45,504 nt of DNA from Cirrosporium novae-zelandiae (Eukaryota): NCBI GenBank assembly GCA_026023565.1, contig JAPETS010000016.1:620001-665504 (forward strand), written 5' to 3'. The translations under genes and the position numbers were made by a program. The notes under the pieces were generated by a model. It saw only the letters and a program-made list of their open reading frames with translations, searched no databases and was not told the DNA's origin. Of this stretch, positions 13,324 to 24,921 are shown one piece after another. Each line of letters begins with the position of its first letter. The stretch's first letter is position 1.

Positions 13324-14167
13324 CTAGTTGAAGTACCATTCGATGCCGTCGACGACACCGAGAGCCTCATCTGCAAGTTGATCGAATACGTTGTTTGAGA
13401 GATCAATATGGGCTCCAGTCTGGATGATAGTTAGACAATCGAACTTGAATAATCCAAGGGGATTAGAAAAAGCAAAAGGATATACTTACGCAAGACATGC
13501 ACTTGTCCACAACTTGAGCAGTGGCGGTCTTTTGTCCATTCTTGATAGTGACCCACTTGCCGCAGTATGGGTTTCCGTTGCTCTGTGTACCCATCATGCC
13601 ATAGGGCATGGCAATAACGTCTTCGGAGGTGCTATTAGTCCAACCACAAGCACCCAAAGCGGGTGTGTAGTAGGTGATTTCCCCAGTGCACGGCGAAGAT
13701 TCGGTGCAAGGCAAGCTGGATGAGTCGGACGAGGTGGAAGCGGAAGTTACAGCGGCAGCAGCAGAGGAGACAACCGCGGAGCTGGATGCAACCACAACGG
13801 TGGAAGAAACGGGAGTGTAGGCAGGAACTGCGCTGGAGCTAGCCTGAACGAAAACCGCGGCGGTTGAAGAGCTCGCCGGAGCAGAGCTTACTGGAGCAGA
13901 GCTTTCTACAATGGAGGTAGCTGGAGCAGCAGCGACAGAAGAGGTGACAGCAGAAACCCTGGTGACGGAGACGACAGAGGTAGTAGGAGTGGGATCAACC
14001 CAGACGGTGGTAGTGACATCGATTGTTTCAATTACCTCTTCGGTCACGGTGACCATTTTGACTGCGCGCTTTGGGTGAGGGTGCTGATGAACAGCTCCAT
14101 GGGGAGCAGCAGTAACGAAAGAGGCTGAAGCCAACAAGGCGACTGAAATGGCGCTGAAGGTCTTCAT
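13324..14167 (-). CDS. Secreted Ser/Thr/Ala-rich protein with a C-terminal RlpA-like double-psi beta-barrel (expansin/loosenin-like, Asp f 7-like), 2 exons
   Basis: Signal peptide MKTFSAISVALLASASFVTA, S/T/A linker, then GEITYY.P.LGACG...NPYCGK...A.VVDKCMSC. Intron 13489-13420 is followed by TGAHIDLSNNVFDQLADEALGVVDGIEWYFN*. Confidence 0.92.
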
Positions 14168-17100
14168 CTTGATATGATATTGGAGAGATGATGCGATATG
14201 CTAATATGCTTTAGGTTTTGGGTTTTGCGCGTCGAAATGAGCGAATAGCCAGAATTGGTAGTGGTTATCGAGAGATGCTTGCCGATAAGGTTGAGGTATC
14301 AATCGAAGAAACGACTTGCGACTCTAAATCAAGGTAGTTAAAAGCGACAAGAGTGTGCTTTGAGAAGTGACCTTGGATTGGGAAATAGGAATTTGGGGCA
14401 AATCAATTGCCAAAAAATTCTTATTGTTTTTTTTAGAAAGAATGGATATTGAAGTTACTAGAACCTCATAAGATGATTTTTGATTTTTGTATTTTGGTAG
14501 AGAGCGACGACCAGGATAGAGAATGTTGGCGTTGAAATATCAACAGGAACGAAGGTAAAGTGAAAGTGGTTGGAGGGGGATAGAGGGAGGATTTAAGTAG
14601 CAGAAGATGGACTTCTTTATGGAATGAGTGGAATTGGCATGGGCATGAATTTGGGAATTGGATTGGTGGTACCTGGTCTGGGTAGTGAGAAACAGGGGAC
14701 AGGGAAAGCCACAGCCACAGAAAAAAAGACAAGCTGAGCAGGGCCTAACCCACCGAACCAAAACCAACCAAAGCACCTAAAACACCCCCAGACCCCGGTA
14801 AAATAACCTAACCCAGTAGCAAGCGGGTATAGAATTGCCGGAGAGACCAACCCGAGCGCCACATCAATTCAACCAGAATTTCCAACTGGTCCATGAGATT
14901 TTCAAAACTAATCAACTAATTACTGCAAGGGCAAGGAACAGGACTGGTCCACTGCTACCAAACATCGAATTGGATTTGCCATTGTCTTTTCTTGGAGGCG
15001 TTTGCCAATAGGTTTTACGTATTCTGTACCTGAAGTACTTTCTCCAATTCATGCTTACATCGCTGACCTGAGATCCCTCTAGACTTCGGATAAACCTACC
15101 TGGCACCTTCTCAACCTATTGGCATGAGTTACTCAGCTGTGCCAAATGTTTCATGCTACACCCACCCCTTGCCCCTACATCTGATTTGATCCAGACACAC
15201 AAGAAAACACACGTTTCCTTCAAAAATTTCAAAAAATCCTTTTCATGCGGTGGAGTCCGGGAAAACATTGACCATACAGCTGGCCATTAATGATGATGAT
15301 GATAATGGTGCTAAGAAGCCCTAATAATTTCCTCATTTGCCGATAAGGACGCACTCTGCACATTGTATGCACCGTAAATGCAGGCTTGAAACTTCATCAC
15401 GCCGTACAAAAGTGCTGTCCAGCGCCTCTATATTAATGACAGGAAACGAAAAAAGAGTCGCAGCTGACCTAACAAGGAGTGCTACGTATATCTATACCAG
15501 TTGCACAAGCCTCGCATTTGGATGCTCCCCAGGTTTAGCCTCGTAACTCCGCCTCCCTCTGTGGAATTCGAACGTTCCCCGAAAAACCATGTGTTCTGCG
15601 CCGAGAGCTTGGTGCCAAGGTTAACTTCGTAATTTCTGCAATTTTTGAGTATCATTTGGATCATCTTGTTCATAGGGAAATGTTCGGACGCTGCAGAATA
15701 ATAGACATTGAAGCTTTAGGTATTCTTCATAATTGCTAATCCCATGAGAAATATTCACTTGGAATTCCACCCACACCTTCAACTGTGAAAATAATGACGT
15801 GCGTAGCAGTTTTGATCCAACTACTTACCATCCAATGACTGCCCTGTTTCGAAGCAAAGGCTTTCATTCTGCCTTCGTGATCCAATTCTTCTGTCCCAAA
15901 GAATCATCCAGAGCCACCTTCCAGAACCGACCTCGGATGGCTGGTAAGAGATTACTCGCCGAAGTGGAATGTGGGAATGCCAAAGGCCAAGCCCATGAAA
16001 AAATGTACAGCTCAACAAAGCCATGATGATGATGAGTCATTTTATTTTCCGCATGTCTCTTTTGAGTTATGGCAGACATCAAAACCAACCCTGAAATTAG
16101 GGAACTAAAGGGGCAAAAGAGGATGAAATGAAAAAAAAGGGAGATTCCTGCCATTATGATGAACTCAGAGTTGAGTATTAACTGCTAATGGACGAAGAGG
16201 ATGTGAGATGAAATTTCTCGCTCGATGCTCATCATCCTCGGGTTAATTTAGATATCCCATCTGTCACCCTCTTGACCTACGGCTGCAAATGCAAGAAGAG
16301 CCAAAGTTTCCAGGAGTTGCATTTTTGAATATTTGACCCAAGATCCACTCTCTCATGACTCCTTCTGGCGTTGTGCTTTACCCATGTCCTCTAAAGTTAT
16401 TATCTTCGCTCTTTTAATTTCTTTGATACATATGACTTAATCTACCTTGTCGCGGAGCCATGTATTTTGCTTTTCGATCTACTCCTGCTACCCGACCTTC
16501 TATTGCTCTAGGCTTCTGTTCCCTTGAGGGTTACCCTAGAGGCCTAGTCCAAAATAGAGATTCTCAATAGTTTGTATATCTACTCGACGTTTTTGGAGAT
16601 TTTCTAGCCTCCGCTGGGTTCAACATTGACAACCTTGGTTCTTGGATTTTCTAAAAGTAGTTTATCAAGTGCTCTCTACAGTGAGCTCGTTTTTTTCGTT
16701 TCTTCCTTGTTTGGTTATTAGGAAAAGTGTTTTGATATATCCTTCAAAAAGAGACTAGTTGCGCCTAGACCGCAACCATCCGGCCTTTCCTAGGTTAATA
16801 GCATCATGAAAAACTTCAGAGAGCGGCAAGAAATTCGCTATTTCCACTTTCTCGGATGTGCAATGTCGTAATTCTGCCACCCTCAAGAAGAGTCGTGCGT
16901 TTTCCGGCAATATCTATTGCATAGAGAATATCTTTATCGAGGTAATAACGGATACTTTCTAATTCATCGGCGAGCACTATTTCTTCTAAGGAGCGACCTT
17001 TATCTTTGAAAACTGGGGGGACTGGTTCGGATACTCACTACACAAGCATAGACTAGATGCCCATCATCCAATCCATCAACTTCTTGTCCATCTACAAGCT

Positions 17101-17945
17101 GTTTTATTAGTCAAGACCAACTAACAGTACCCGGAGTTCCAATAACAGTGCTGATTTCTGAGACTTCTGTTATCCTGTTTGAATTTTAACCGAACAGATA
17201 TAAAGCGGTATCAGTGGCGGATATGATAATGAGTAGTTAATCTTTGTGAAAAACGTTTCATGTTTTGGTCAGGTTCGTCTAAGTTATATGAATGTTATGA
17301 ATGTCAATCTATACTTAGAGCTATTTAAAGCATGCTCTCGTTATGGTCATTGCGGTTGTTGATTTAGGAGTGGGGGCGTCAAGAGAAGCTTATATTTATT
17401 TGTCGATTAAGAAATTAAAAAGGGGCGAGCGTAAAGAGATTAATTCCTAAATTGATGGAAAACCCGGGGCCGGCTTCGGAGGAACTTGCCCGAATTTGCA
17501 TAATGAGGCAAACAAGCATGTTGCGTGTCAAATGTTGTGATACCTTTCAACGACTTTGATATTTCATTGTTGTCAAAGGACAAAAAAGACTTTACGAATA
17601 CTTTACATATATAATCACGAATTGAACTCGGGTCCAGAATAAAGTCTGGGATTAATTACTCCTTTGGTACTTATAACCCGTCCAACCCGCAAGCCCCCGT
17701 TCGCCCCGCAAATCGCGCTCCTCTCTCCCGTTCTCTCCGATCTTACCGTGCCTCTACCCCTCCTCACAGTATCAACCCTGGCGCCCTCACGCCCCTCCTC
17801 CCGCCTGAGTTTGATCTCAAGGCATCTTGACCAAAGACCTGCATCTTTACAACTAAATACTCCCTACTCTGCAGAACGACTCGCCGCTCCTCAAGACGAT
17901 TTACCATACACTCCTCTCAGTGCATCTCCACAAGAAATAGCCAAG

Positions 17946-19255
17946 ATGGAACCAACCAAGTCAACACAGGATCCTCATCCTACATTACTCATACCCGGTC
18001 CAATTGAATTTGATGATTCTGTATTGAAGGCCATGAGCCATTTCTCGTATGAACCCACGTCGCCGAAGACAACCTATAATAAACATGTTGACGCTTTGTA
18101 TTCTAGTGAAAGCCATGTCGGCGCTCCATTCGTTTCGATATTTGGTGAAACCCTCACCATGCTACGAAAACTCTTCCAAACTACAGACCCCGCATCCCAG
18201 CCATTTGTTGTCTCTGGTAGCGGTACTCTTGGTTGGGATATGGTTGCTGCCAATCTAGTCGAACCTGGCGATGATGTTCTCGTTCTCCACACTGGGTACT
18301 TTGCCGATTCTTTCGCCGACTGCTTTGAGACATATGGTATCAAGCCGACGCAATTGAAAGCACCAATTGGGGACCGCCCTCAACTGCCAGAGATAGAACA
18401 GGCGTTGAAGGAGAAACAATACAGAATGATAACCGTGACCCATGTGGATACATCGACGGGTGTCCTCAGTGAACTTAAATCCCTCTCAGAACTCGTCCAC
18501 CGAGTCAGTCCAGAGACTCTGATTGTTGTCGATGGTGTTTGCAGTGTTGGTTGTGAAGAAATCTGCTTTGATGATTGGAATCTCGATGTCGTTCTCACTG
18601 CCAGCCAGAAAGCAATTGGCTGTCCAGCTGGGCTATCCATTATGATGTGCTCTGGGCGTGCAATCGAGCGCTTCAAGTCACGTCAGACACCGCCAGGCTC
18701 ATACTTTGCCTCATTCAAAAACTGGCTTCCAAGTAGAGACCCCATTCCATATTTTATGTCCCATTTTGCTAACACTCCCCAGTAATGCAAAATTACGAAG
18801 CCAAAAAGGCGTCCTACTTCGCAACTCCATCACCCCAACTAATCCGTGCTCTTCACATCTCTCTAACACAACTACTCTCTGTTCCTCTGGCCAATCGCTT
18901 TGCTACTCATCATGCTATCTCCCGCCGTATCAAGACCTTTATTACCTCTCTCGGCCTCAAGCAACTAGCCTCCGATCCAATCAACCAGGCAAACGGTATG
19001 ACCACAATATACTTGCCTGAAGGCATCACGGCGCCAATGCTATTACCGGCGCTGGCAAAGAAAGGCGTTATATTTGCGGGGGGGCTGCATAAGGAGATTG
19101 CAACTAAGTATGTGAGGCTTGGACATATGGGAGTCAGTGCCATGGAGGAGGGGAAGGGAAGAAGTGATATTGCGAAGGCATTAAAGGCCCTCGTAGCATC
19201 GCTAGGAGAAGCAGGCTATAGTATCCCCGAGGGGGTGGATGTGAAAAGTCTATGA
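17946..19255 (+). CDS. AGX1: Alanine--glyoxylate aminotransferase (class V PLP enzyme), 3 exons; possible upstream GUG start at 17748
   Basis: Contains LLIPGP, GSGTLGWD, THVDTSTG, VVDGVCS, TASQKAIGCPAG (PLP lysine), YFATPSPQL and RLGHMG. Introns are 18047-18106 and 18733-18782. First ATG at 17946 (AAGATGG). Confidence 0.93.
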
Positions 19256-19604
19256 GTGAAGAAAATATACGAATAGCTAAGCATGGGAGGCTAAAAGTTT
19301 GTGCACGATACGCATGGTATGGATAGATATTATAAGATTTGGTGCAGGCGGCTTGGAGGCATGTTGATAAGATAGAGAAAAGCGGACAATACATGTCTGA
19401 TATCTATTAGTATTGATCAAGCCCTCCATCCATTGGATGCATTTCTTTTGTTTTTCACCCAAGCGACCAGTCTTTTGGCCGTTAGTATCATGATTCAAAC
19501 CATTAAGCCCCCAGGTAACTTAGGTATCATTATCCCTGCTCTCACTCGGCACTTGGCATCTCGTCTTCATATCCGTCTACTTCAATAAACTTAATCTCCT
19601 TGTA

Positions 19605-20325
19605 TTATTCCTCCTTAACCATCCTCCTAAACTGACATCTTTCTATTCTCGTCTGGTCACTCCCATCTTCGCCCTTAATAATCTTGTATATGTAGAGGTT
19701 CAACACATCACCCTGAATATCCATTAGGCAGAATGAGGGTATACACTCCTCCTCTCCCCAACCTTCTCCCACAGCTCCTGTCGCACTCCCAGGGTTTACG
19801 AAAAATCTTCCCTCAAAATCGACACTCTCGACCTTATGTCCACCTCCCCAGATGAGCACATCCACATCCATCTGGCGCGCCATGATTAAGAGGCTGTCAA
19901 GGTCTCCGGGTGGTACAATAGAAGTGCCATGGGTAAGGCCGATTCGGAAGTTGCCATGCGTTACTATTTTGAAAGGTGGAAGGTTTGGGGCATCAACATC
20001 GTAGGGACCTTTTGTTATGTGCAGATCTGGGGCGAGGGAGCGTAGGAAGTCATAGGTTGGACGATCGGTGAGGTTCCCGGTACAAAGGATCTGATGGATC
20101 TTGTTGGGGGTAAGAAGGGTTTTAAACTGTGTAGACAACCAGGTTAGAAGGGGCTGGAGTTAAGAGGCGGAGGTGGTTGAAAATGTACTTTTGCTGGTAG
20201 GTCCTATATAAATTGTCAGCTTCGTCGCAACAGTAGCTAGGTAACCATATTTGTAACGAGATATCACTCACTGGGGCTCTATCGGGGATGAATAGATCCC
20301 CAAGGACTAGGACAAGTCTTGACAT
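19605..20325 (-). CDS. VPS29: Retromer subunit Vps29, 3 exons
   Basis: Exon 1 20325-20272 MSRLVLVLGDLFIPDRAP; 15-nt exon 2 20203-20189 DLPAK; exon 3 20126-19605 FKTLLTPNKIHQILCTGNL...RQMDVDVL...FFVNPGSATGA...PSFCLMDIQG. Confidence 0.96.
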
Positions 20326-21034
20326 GGTGGAGATGGCGGAGAGATGATGGAGGAAAAACCAATGGATTGAAGGTTGGTATTGGGCGCATTACTTTGAGAT
20401 AGATTGAGCTTGAGGAACACCGTACTGCATAAGGCTGGGGGGTTGCGATGAGAGGTTAGCTTGCCGATCGGCCGTGGCATCGGTGTTCTTTCATCCGATC
20501 CCTGACCTTCCGAACATAAATTTTATAACTATCTTAGACAAGGTGAATCATGAGATACTTGAGAAGAAACAGCTTAGACTAATTAAAAGGGCTTGGTTTC
20601 GTGGAGTTTGGGGTCCCCTGGCAAATCTTTTTTATTCCCCACGTTCTACTTTGTGTAACTTCCTTTTGTCGTGCATTTGAGGTCTTCAATTTAAATGCCC
20701 TTGGTGAACTTCCCAGCTATAGACTAAGTGGAATTTTCTTCATTATTTCCCTGTTGGGCATCTTTGCAGAATACCAGTGTTCCTTTGGGGTTTCAACATA
20801 AGTGAAGGTAGCTGAGAGAAGATAGCTGGGATATAGGTATATTTACCCCTTGAGAAAATTCTCTACTCTGCTTTGCTTCACTCTATTCTGCTTCACTCTA
20901 CTCTATCCCCCCTACCATTGTTATCCGAAGGGCATACAAATCGTCTCTGTAGAGGGTTTGGTATGCTCAGATCTATATATCTCTAAGATTAAGCTCACCC
21001 CTTTACTTAGAACCTTGCCTACAACGAACTCAAG

Positions 21035-22357
21035 ATGGCTTCCTCTATGATTCAGTATGCATATCGCTCGAGACTAGGAACTAATAGACTCCTTCGTTTT
21101 CGAGGCCCCCTCTCTGTTTTTGATTTCTCGACGTCTCCCACCAGCTCTCCACGATGGTTTACGACCACAAGTAGATCAGCTGACCCCCCTCGCCCGAATG
21201 GACTACGAGAAAGGTCAGGATCCATACAGACCAATGCGCTTTCATTACAAAATCGGCCCCAAGCCATTTCAGAGCTCAGAGCTAGCACCAACAAGTCCTG
21301 TACTATATCCAAACCATCATATTTCTATTCTAGCCTAGCAGCCCAATCAACTCAACCATCCAAGTCTACGCCTTATATACCACCAAGGATAGGCATTCTC
21401 TCGGCACTCCCAACCTCTTGGGTACCATATGCTGAGCTCATCAGACTTGACAAACCAACCGGAACATATTATCTTTTTCTCCCTTGCCTTTTTTCGACTC
21501 TCCTGGCCGCACCTCTTACAATGCCGTTGGTATCACCTATCCCGGTCATCGCAACCACAGCTCTGTTTGGAATCGGAGCTCTTGTCATGCGTGGGGCTGG
21601 CTGCACAATAAACGACCTTTGGGACCGAAATCTTGACCCACATGTCACTCGTACACGCCTTCGACCGATTGCCCGAGGCGCCATCACTCCTTTCAAGGCT
21701 GTTGCGTTTACAGGATTTCAACTCCTTACCGGTCTAGTTGTTTTGCTTCAATTTCCTTGGCAATGTTTCTTTTACGCCACACCTAGCCTTCTACTCGTTG
21801 CCTCATATCCACTTGCAAAACGTATAACACATTATCCACAGGCTGTCCTTGGCCTCACATTCTCCTGGGGTGCCATAATGGGATTCCCCGCCTTGGGCGT
21901 TGATCTACTCTCCAACACTCCTGCTCTCGCTGCGGCAGCCCTCCTCTATAGCAGCTGCATATCTTGGACAGTTCTTTATGACATGATCTATGCGCATATG
22001 GACGTTCGCGATGATGTTGCCGCAGGTATAAAATCTATTGCTCTTAAGCACCGATATAATCCCAAGACAGTCCTCTCGGGCCTTGCGGGCATGCAGCTAG
22101 CACTGTTGGCTGGAGCAGGGATAGCGGCCGGAAGCGGTCCAGCGTTCTTCGTCGGGAGTGTAGGGGGTGCTGCAATGACATTAGGATGGATGATCAAGAA
22201 GGTTAATTTAGATAGTGTAAGTGATTGCTGGTATTGGTTTAGGAGGGGAGCATGGTATACCGGTGGCGTAATCAGCGGTGGCCTCTTTTTAGATTACCTC
22301 TTGAAGTGGATGGGGATGTATGTTAAGGAAGAGGACGAAGAACAGGTGAAGAATTAG
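21035..22357 (+). CDS. COQ2: 4-hydroxybenzoate polyprenyltransferase (UbiA family), mitochondrial
   Basis: Arg/Ser-rich presequence, then PYAELIRLDKPTG, MRGAGCTINDLWDRNLD.HV.RTR.RP, YPLAKR.T.YPQ and YDMIYAHMD..DD..AGIKS motifs. Single exon. Confidence 0.96.
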   Translation: MASSMIQYAYRSRLGTNRLLRFRGPLSVFDFSTSPTSSPRWFTTTSRSADPPRPNGLRERSGSIQTNALSLQNRPQAISELRASTNKSCTISKPSYFYSSLAAQSTQPSKSTPYIPPRIGILSALPTSWVPYAELIRLDKPTGTYYLFLPCLFSTLLAAPLTMPLVSPIPVIATTALFGIGALVMRGAGCTINDLWDRNLDPHVTRTRLRPIARGAITPFKAVAFTGFQLLTGLVVLLQFPWQCFFYATPSLLLVASYPLAKRITHYPQAVLGLTFSWGAIMGFPALGVDLLSNTPALAAAALLYSSCISWTVLYDMIYAHMDVRDDVAAGIKSIALKHRYNPKTVLSGLAGMQLALLAGAGIAAGSGPAFFVGSVGGAAMTLGWMIKKVNLDSVSDCWYWFRRGAWYTGGVISGGLFLDYLLKWMGMYVKEEDEEQVKN

Positions 22358-22916
22358 ACGGAAGGTAATGACCTGTATTAATATCATCAGAGAACTCGAC
22401 AAGATGGAATTTTCAAATTAGATGCTGCTATTGTATAATGTGAAATACGCTGTTCTCTTCGCTTTGTGATTATCCGTTATCTTTGTTATAGCTCCATTGA
22501 TTGATAGACGTTGTGATGCATCTACTTATTCTCACTGAGAAGATTTGTAGTCCGAGGCAGTAAAAGCTGTCAGTTCAAGTTCAAAAGGAAAGCCTCCTTG
22601 TTATTCAGTTATTTTGATTTTAATTCTTACTCAGATTGTTATTGATATGAGTCCTAGAGCAGTGTAATTACCGTCTCAGATTTGATGAATTTGTAAAGGG
22701 GAGAGCAAACTTGGGATATCTCTCCTCTTATGGCTACTCATTGAGCATTCGATTCCCTTAATCAAATATTTAGATTGAGGATCACAGTTCATTATTACCA
22801 TTTACCAAAATTTTTTAGATAGCATGATCTATGATTTATATTTATGAAGGAGTTGGACCGTAGATAGTACAAATAATTCAAGGCTGGTCGCCAATCGGGC
22901 ATTATTTGCAACGTTT

Positions 22917-23750
22917 ATAATAATACCACGCTGTGGCTCCAATCAGGGCTGGCGACACTTTTATGAGTGCCCTCTTTATCAAGCCTGCGTATGTCACCAT
23001 CGTTAGGCTAGCCATGACTTTGTGAAAGTCCTCCTATCGTTAATGTTAGGATACCCACACTCTAACTTATCAACATCTAGGAACTCACATAGCGAACCCC
23101 ATCCATCTCCTAGGTTGAATACTAGTAGCTGATTTTTGGAACGCTTTTTTCCACGTTGTCGTAATGATTAATATATGCATGTAAGCAATAGTCGCCGTAA
23201 TCGTTATCGCACCCGACTTTGTACGACATATCTAAAATTAATACCTTGAGTTTAATATCTCTAACTTAGTTAATATTCTGGATTAAGCGAAAGCTGATCC
23301 GCCTCATAAAGGAAAACATGGGTCTTGTGCATCGAATTTATTCAGCTATGAAATCACGCGTTGTGAGGATGAATTTTGCGTCAGGGTAGGCTTTGAGGAG
23401 GTCTTCCTAGAACATGCAATAAGGAGTGTCAAGGATAGAGTCGTGATCACTAATGATTTTGGCGAATTCTTCACGGCTCTATCGTGACTCTTTGCTGAAA
23501 AAATCGGCATCCATGTCTTTGCACCATATATTGAAGTCTCGTTGAGGGTTTTGGAGAGCCCCCATCATGTATCATGTGGTAAAGAGAGTACCCAGCCAGC
23601 GAAAGGCGTGGAGCATTGCTGTGTCACATGGCATATTAGATAAGGGATGTGTTTTTGTTGGGAAAGGGAATATTACTTTGGAGGATGGGGGGGGGGGTAT
23701 GTATAAGGCGATGACGGCGAGGTAGAAGAACCCGAGAACAGATCACAAAC
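22917..23750 (-). pseudogene. Pseudogene of a P-loop sulfotransferase-like protein (Sulfotransfer_4 / PF17784-type family)
   Basis: Hand translation: AMLHAFRWLG...ALQNPQRDFNIWCKDMDADFF...SREEFAKIISDHDSILDTPYCMF*EDLLKAYPDAKFILTTRD (AYPDAKFILTTRD at 23391-23353)...AYINHYDNV...LLVFNLGDGWGSLCEFLDV...YPNIND, then a hydrophobic tail. Several internal stops and probable frameshifts. The 5' boundary is approximate. Confidence 0.8.
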
Positions 23751-24921
23751 AATGAAATAAACGTTGTAAGATCACAAAGAAATGGAGGCTAGAGATAATG
23801 ACATACACATGGTCCCTGTCTAGCCCTCTCCTGCTATTATAACTCGAAATAGCGTCGTCCTCGTACATGTTTCCTTATCAATTAGGCTCAACATCCTGAC
23901 GACGGTTGTGGTGAGGATGCCATGGAGAAGTAGGGTGGAGATATGGGACTTGGAGGTTTAATAATTGAGGTGTGATTAGGATGGAATTCCACAGCAGCAG
24001 GGGAGGGAGTAGGCAGCAGTCTTTCCATCATAAGATATTTCGCGATGAGGCCGATTAATTGAGTGGTCAATATATTAGAAGGTCGGGTGTGATCAAATAA
24101 AGGGGTCTCACGGGGCTGCATCTCGAGCAGCAACACCTAACGAAAAGAGGCCTAGGAATTTGACAGATCGCTAGACACATTTACGGTGTCTCGTTTATCT
24201 GGTATTCCTCATTGATTGACAAGATGGGTCTAATGCTCAAATAAGGGACTAGAACCTGGATTTATATGCTGCTTGGTAGGGGCTCGGTTTATGTATCATC
24301 GCCCTCTGGCTAGTAGCGGAGCGGCAGGGTAGCACTCCATTACCAAAATTTTTGGAGGCCATCTTGGTTTTGGATTCTCTCTGGCTCTAAAGGATCGGAA
24401 TCTCCTGCATGTTGACAATTTCAACTGACAAGCCAAGCAGACGTTTAGATGATTATGTGATTATGAACTGGTTGTAACCTAGGGCTCATGCAATAAAATT
24501 CCTGATTACCCAAAGATTGTCCGATGCCGGTTTCCTCATCATAGCTGAGTTAATTAGAGGGCAGAATACCACTTCCATGATGGAGAAAACTGAGGTTTGA
24601 ACGGCCTTGGGAATGAATAGCAGGACAGGCTATCAATAGTCTGCACTAGGCGAGGTGATAACGAGGATTCGATAGAGCACATCAATGCCTCACCACCGTT
24701 AGCCCCCTCGGTATAGATAATGATGACTTTAATGTCTGAGTCTGCCTAAAATTAATATACTTCATTAGCAGTAAGTATGTGGAATGTCAAAAAAGTTACT
24801 GTGCTTTACGTACGTTCACACCGAGCGTTGTTGCTGATTCGATATAGTTAGCACGCAGGCTCTATTACGGTTAACATTTGAAAAATGTCAATTGATTATT
24901 AGTTAATATCTGTTACTGCCA

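Noticed and set aside
17664..17747. TTG at 17664 as the AGX1 start, as in the ORF track
   Set aside because: Poor context (CCT-TTG) and a pyrimidine-rich, UTR-like sequence; GTG 17748 and ATG 17946 are better candidates.
19244..19276. C-terminal KSL or stop-codon readthrough as a PTS1 for AGX1
   Set aside because: KSL is not a canonical PTS1, the stop context TGA-GTG is not the TGA-CTA readthrough motif, and the extension would end in IYE.
21035..22357. UbiA prenyltransferase as part of a meroterpenoid cluster with the terpene cyclases
   Set aside because: It has a mitochondrial presequence and canonical COQ2 motifs, sits among housekeeping genes, and lies 13 kb away with unrelated genes between.
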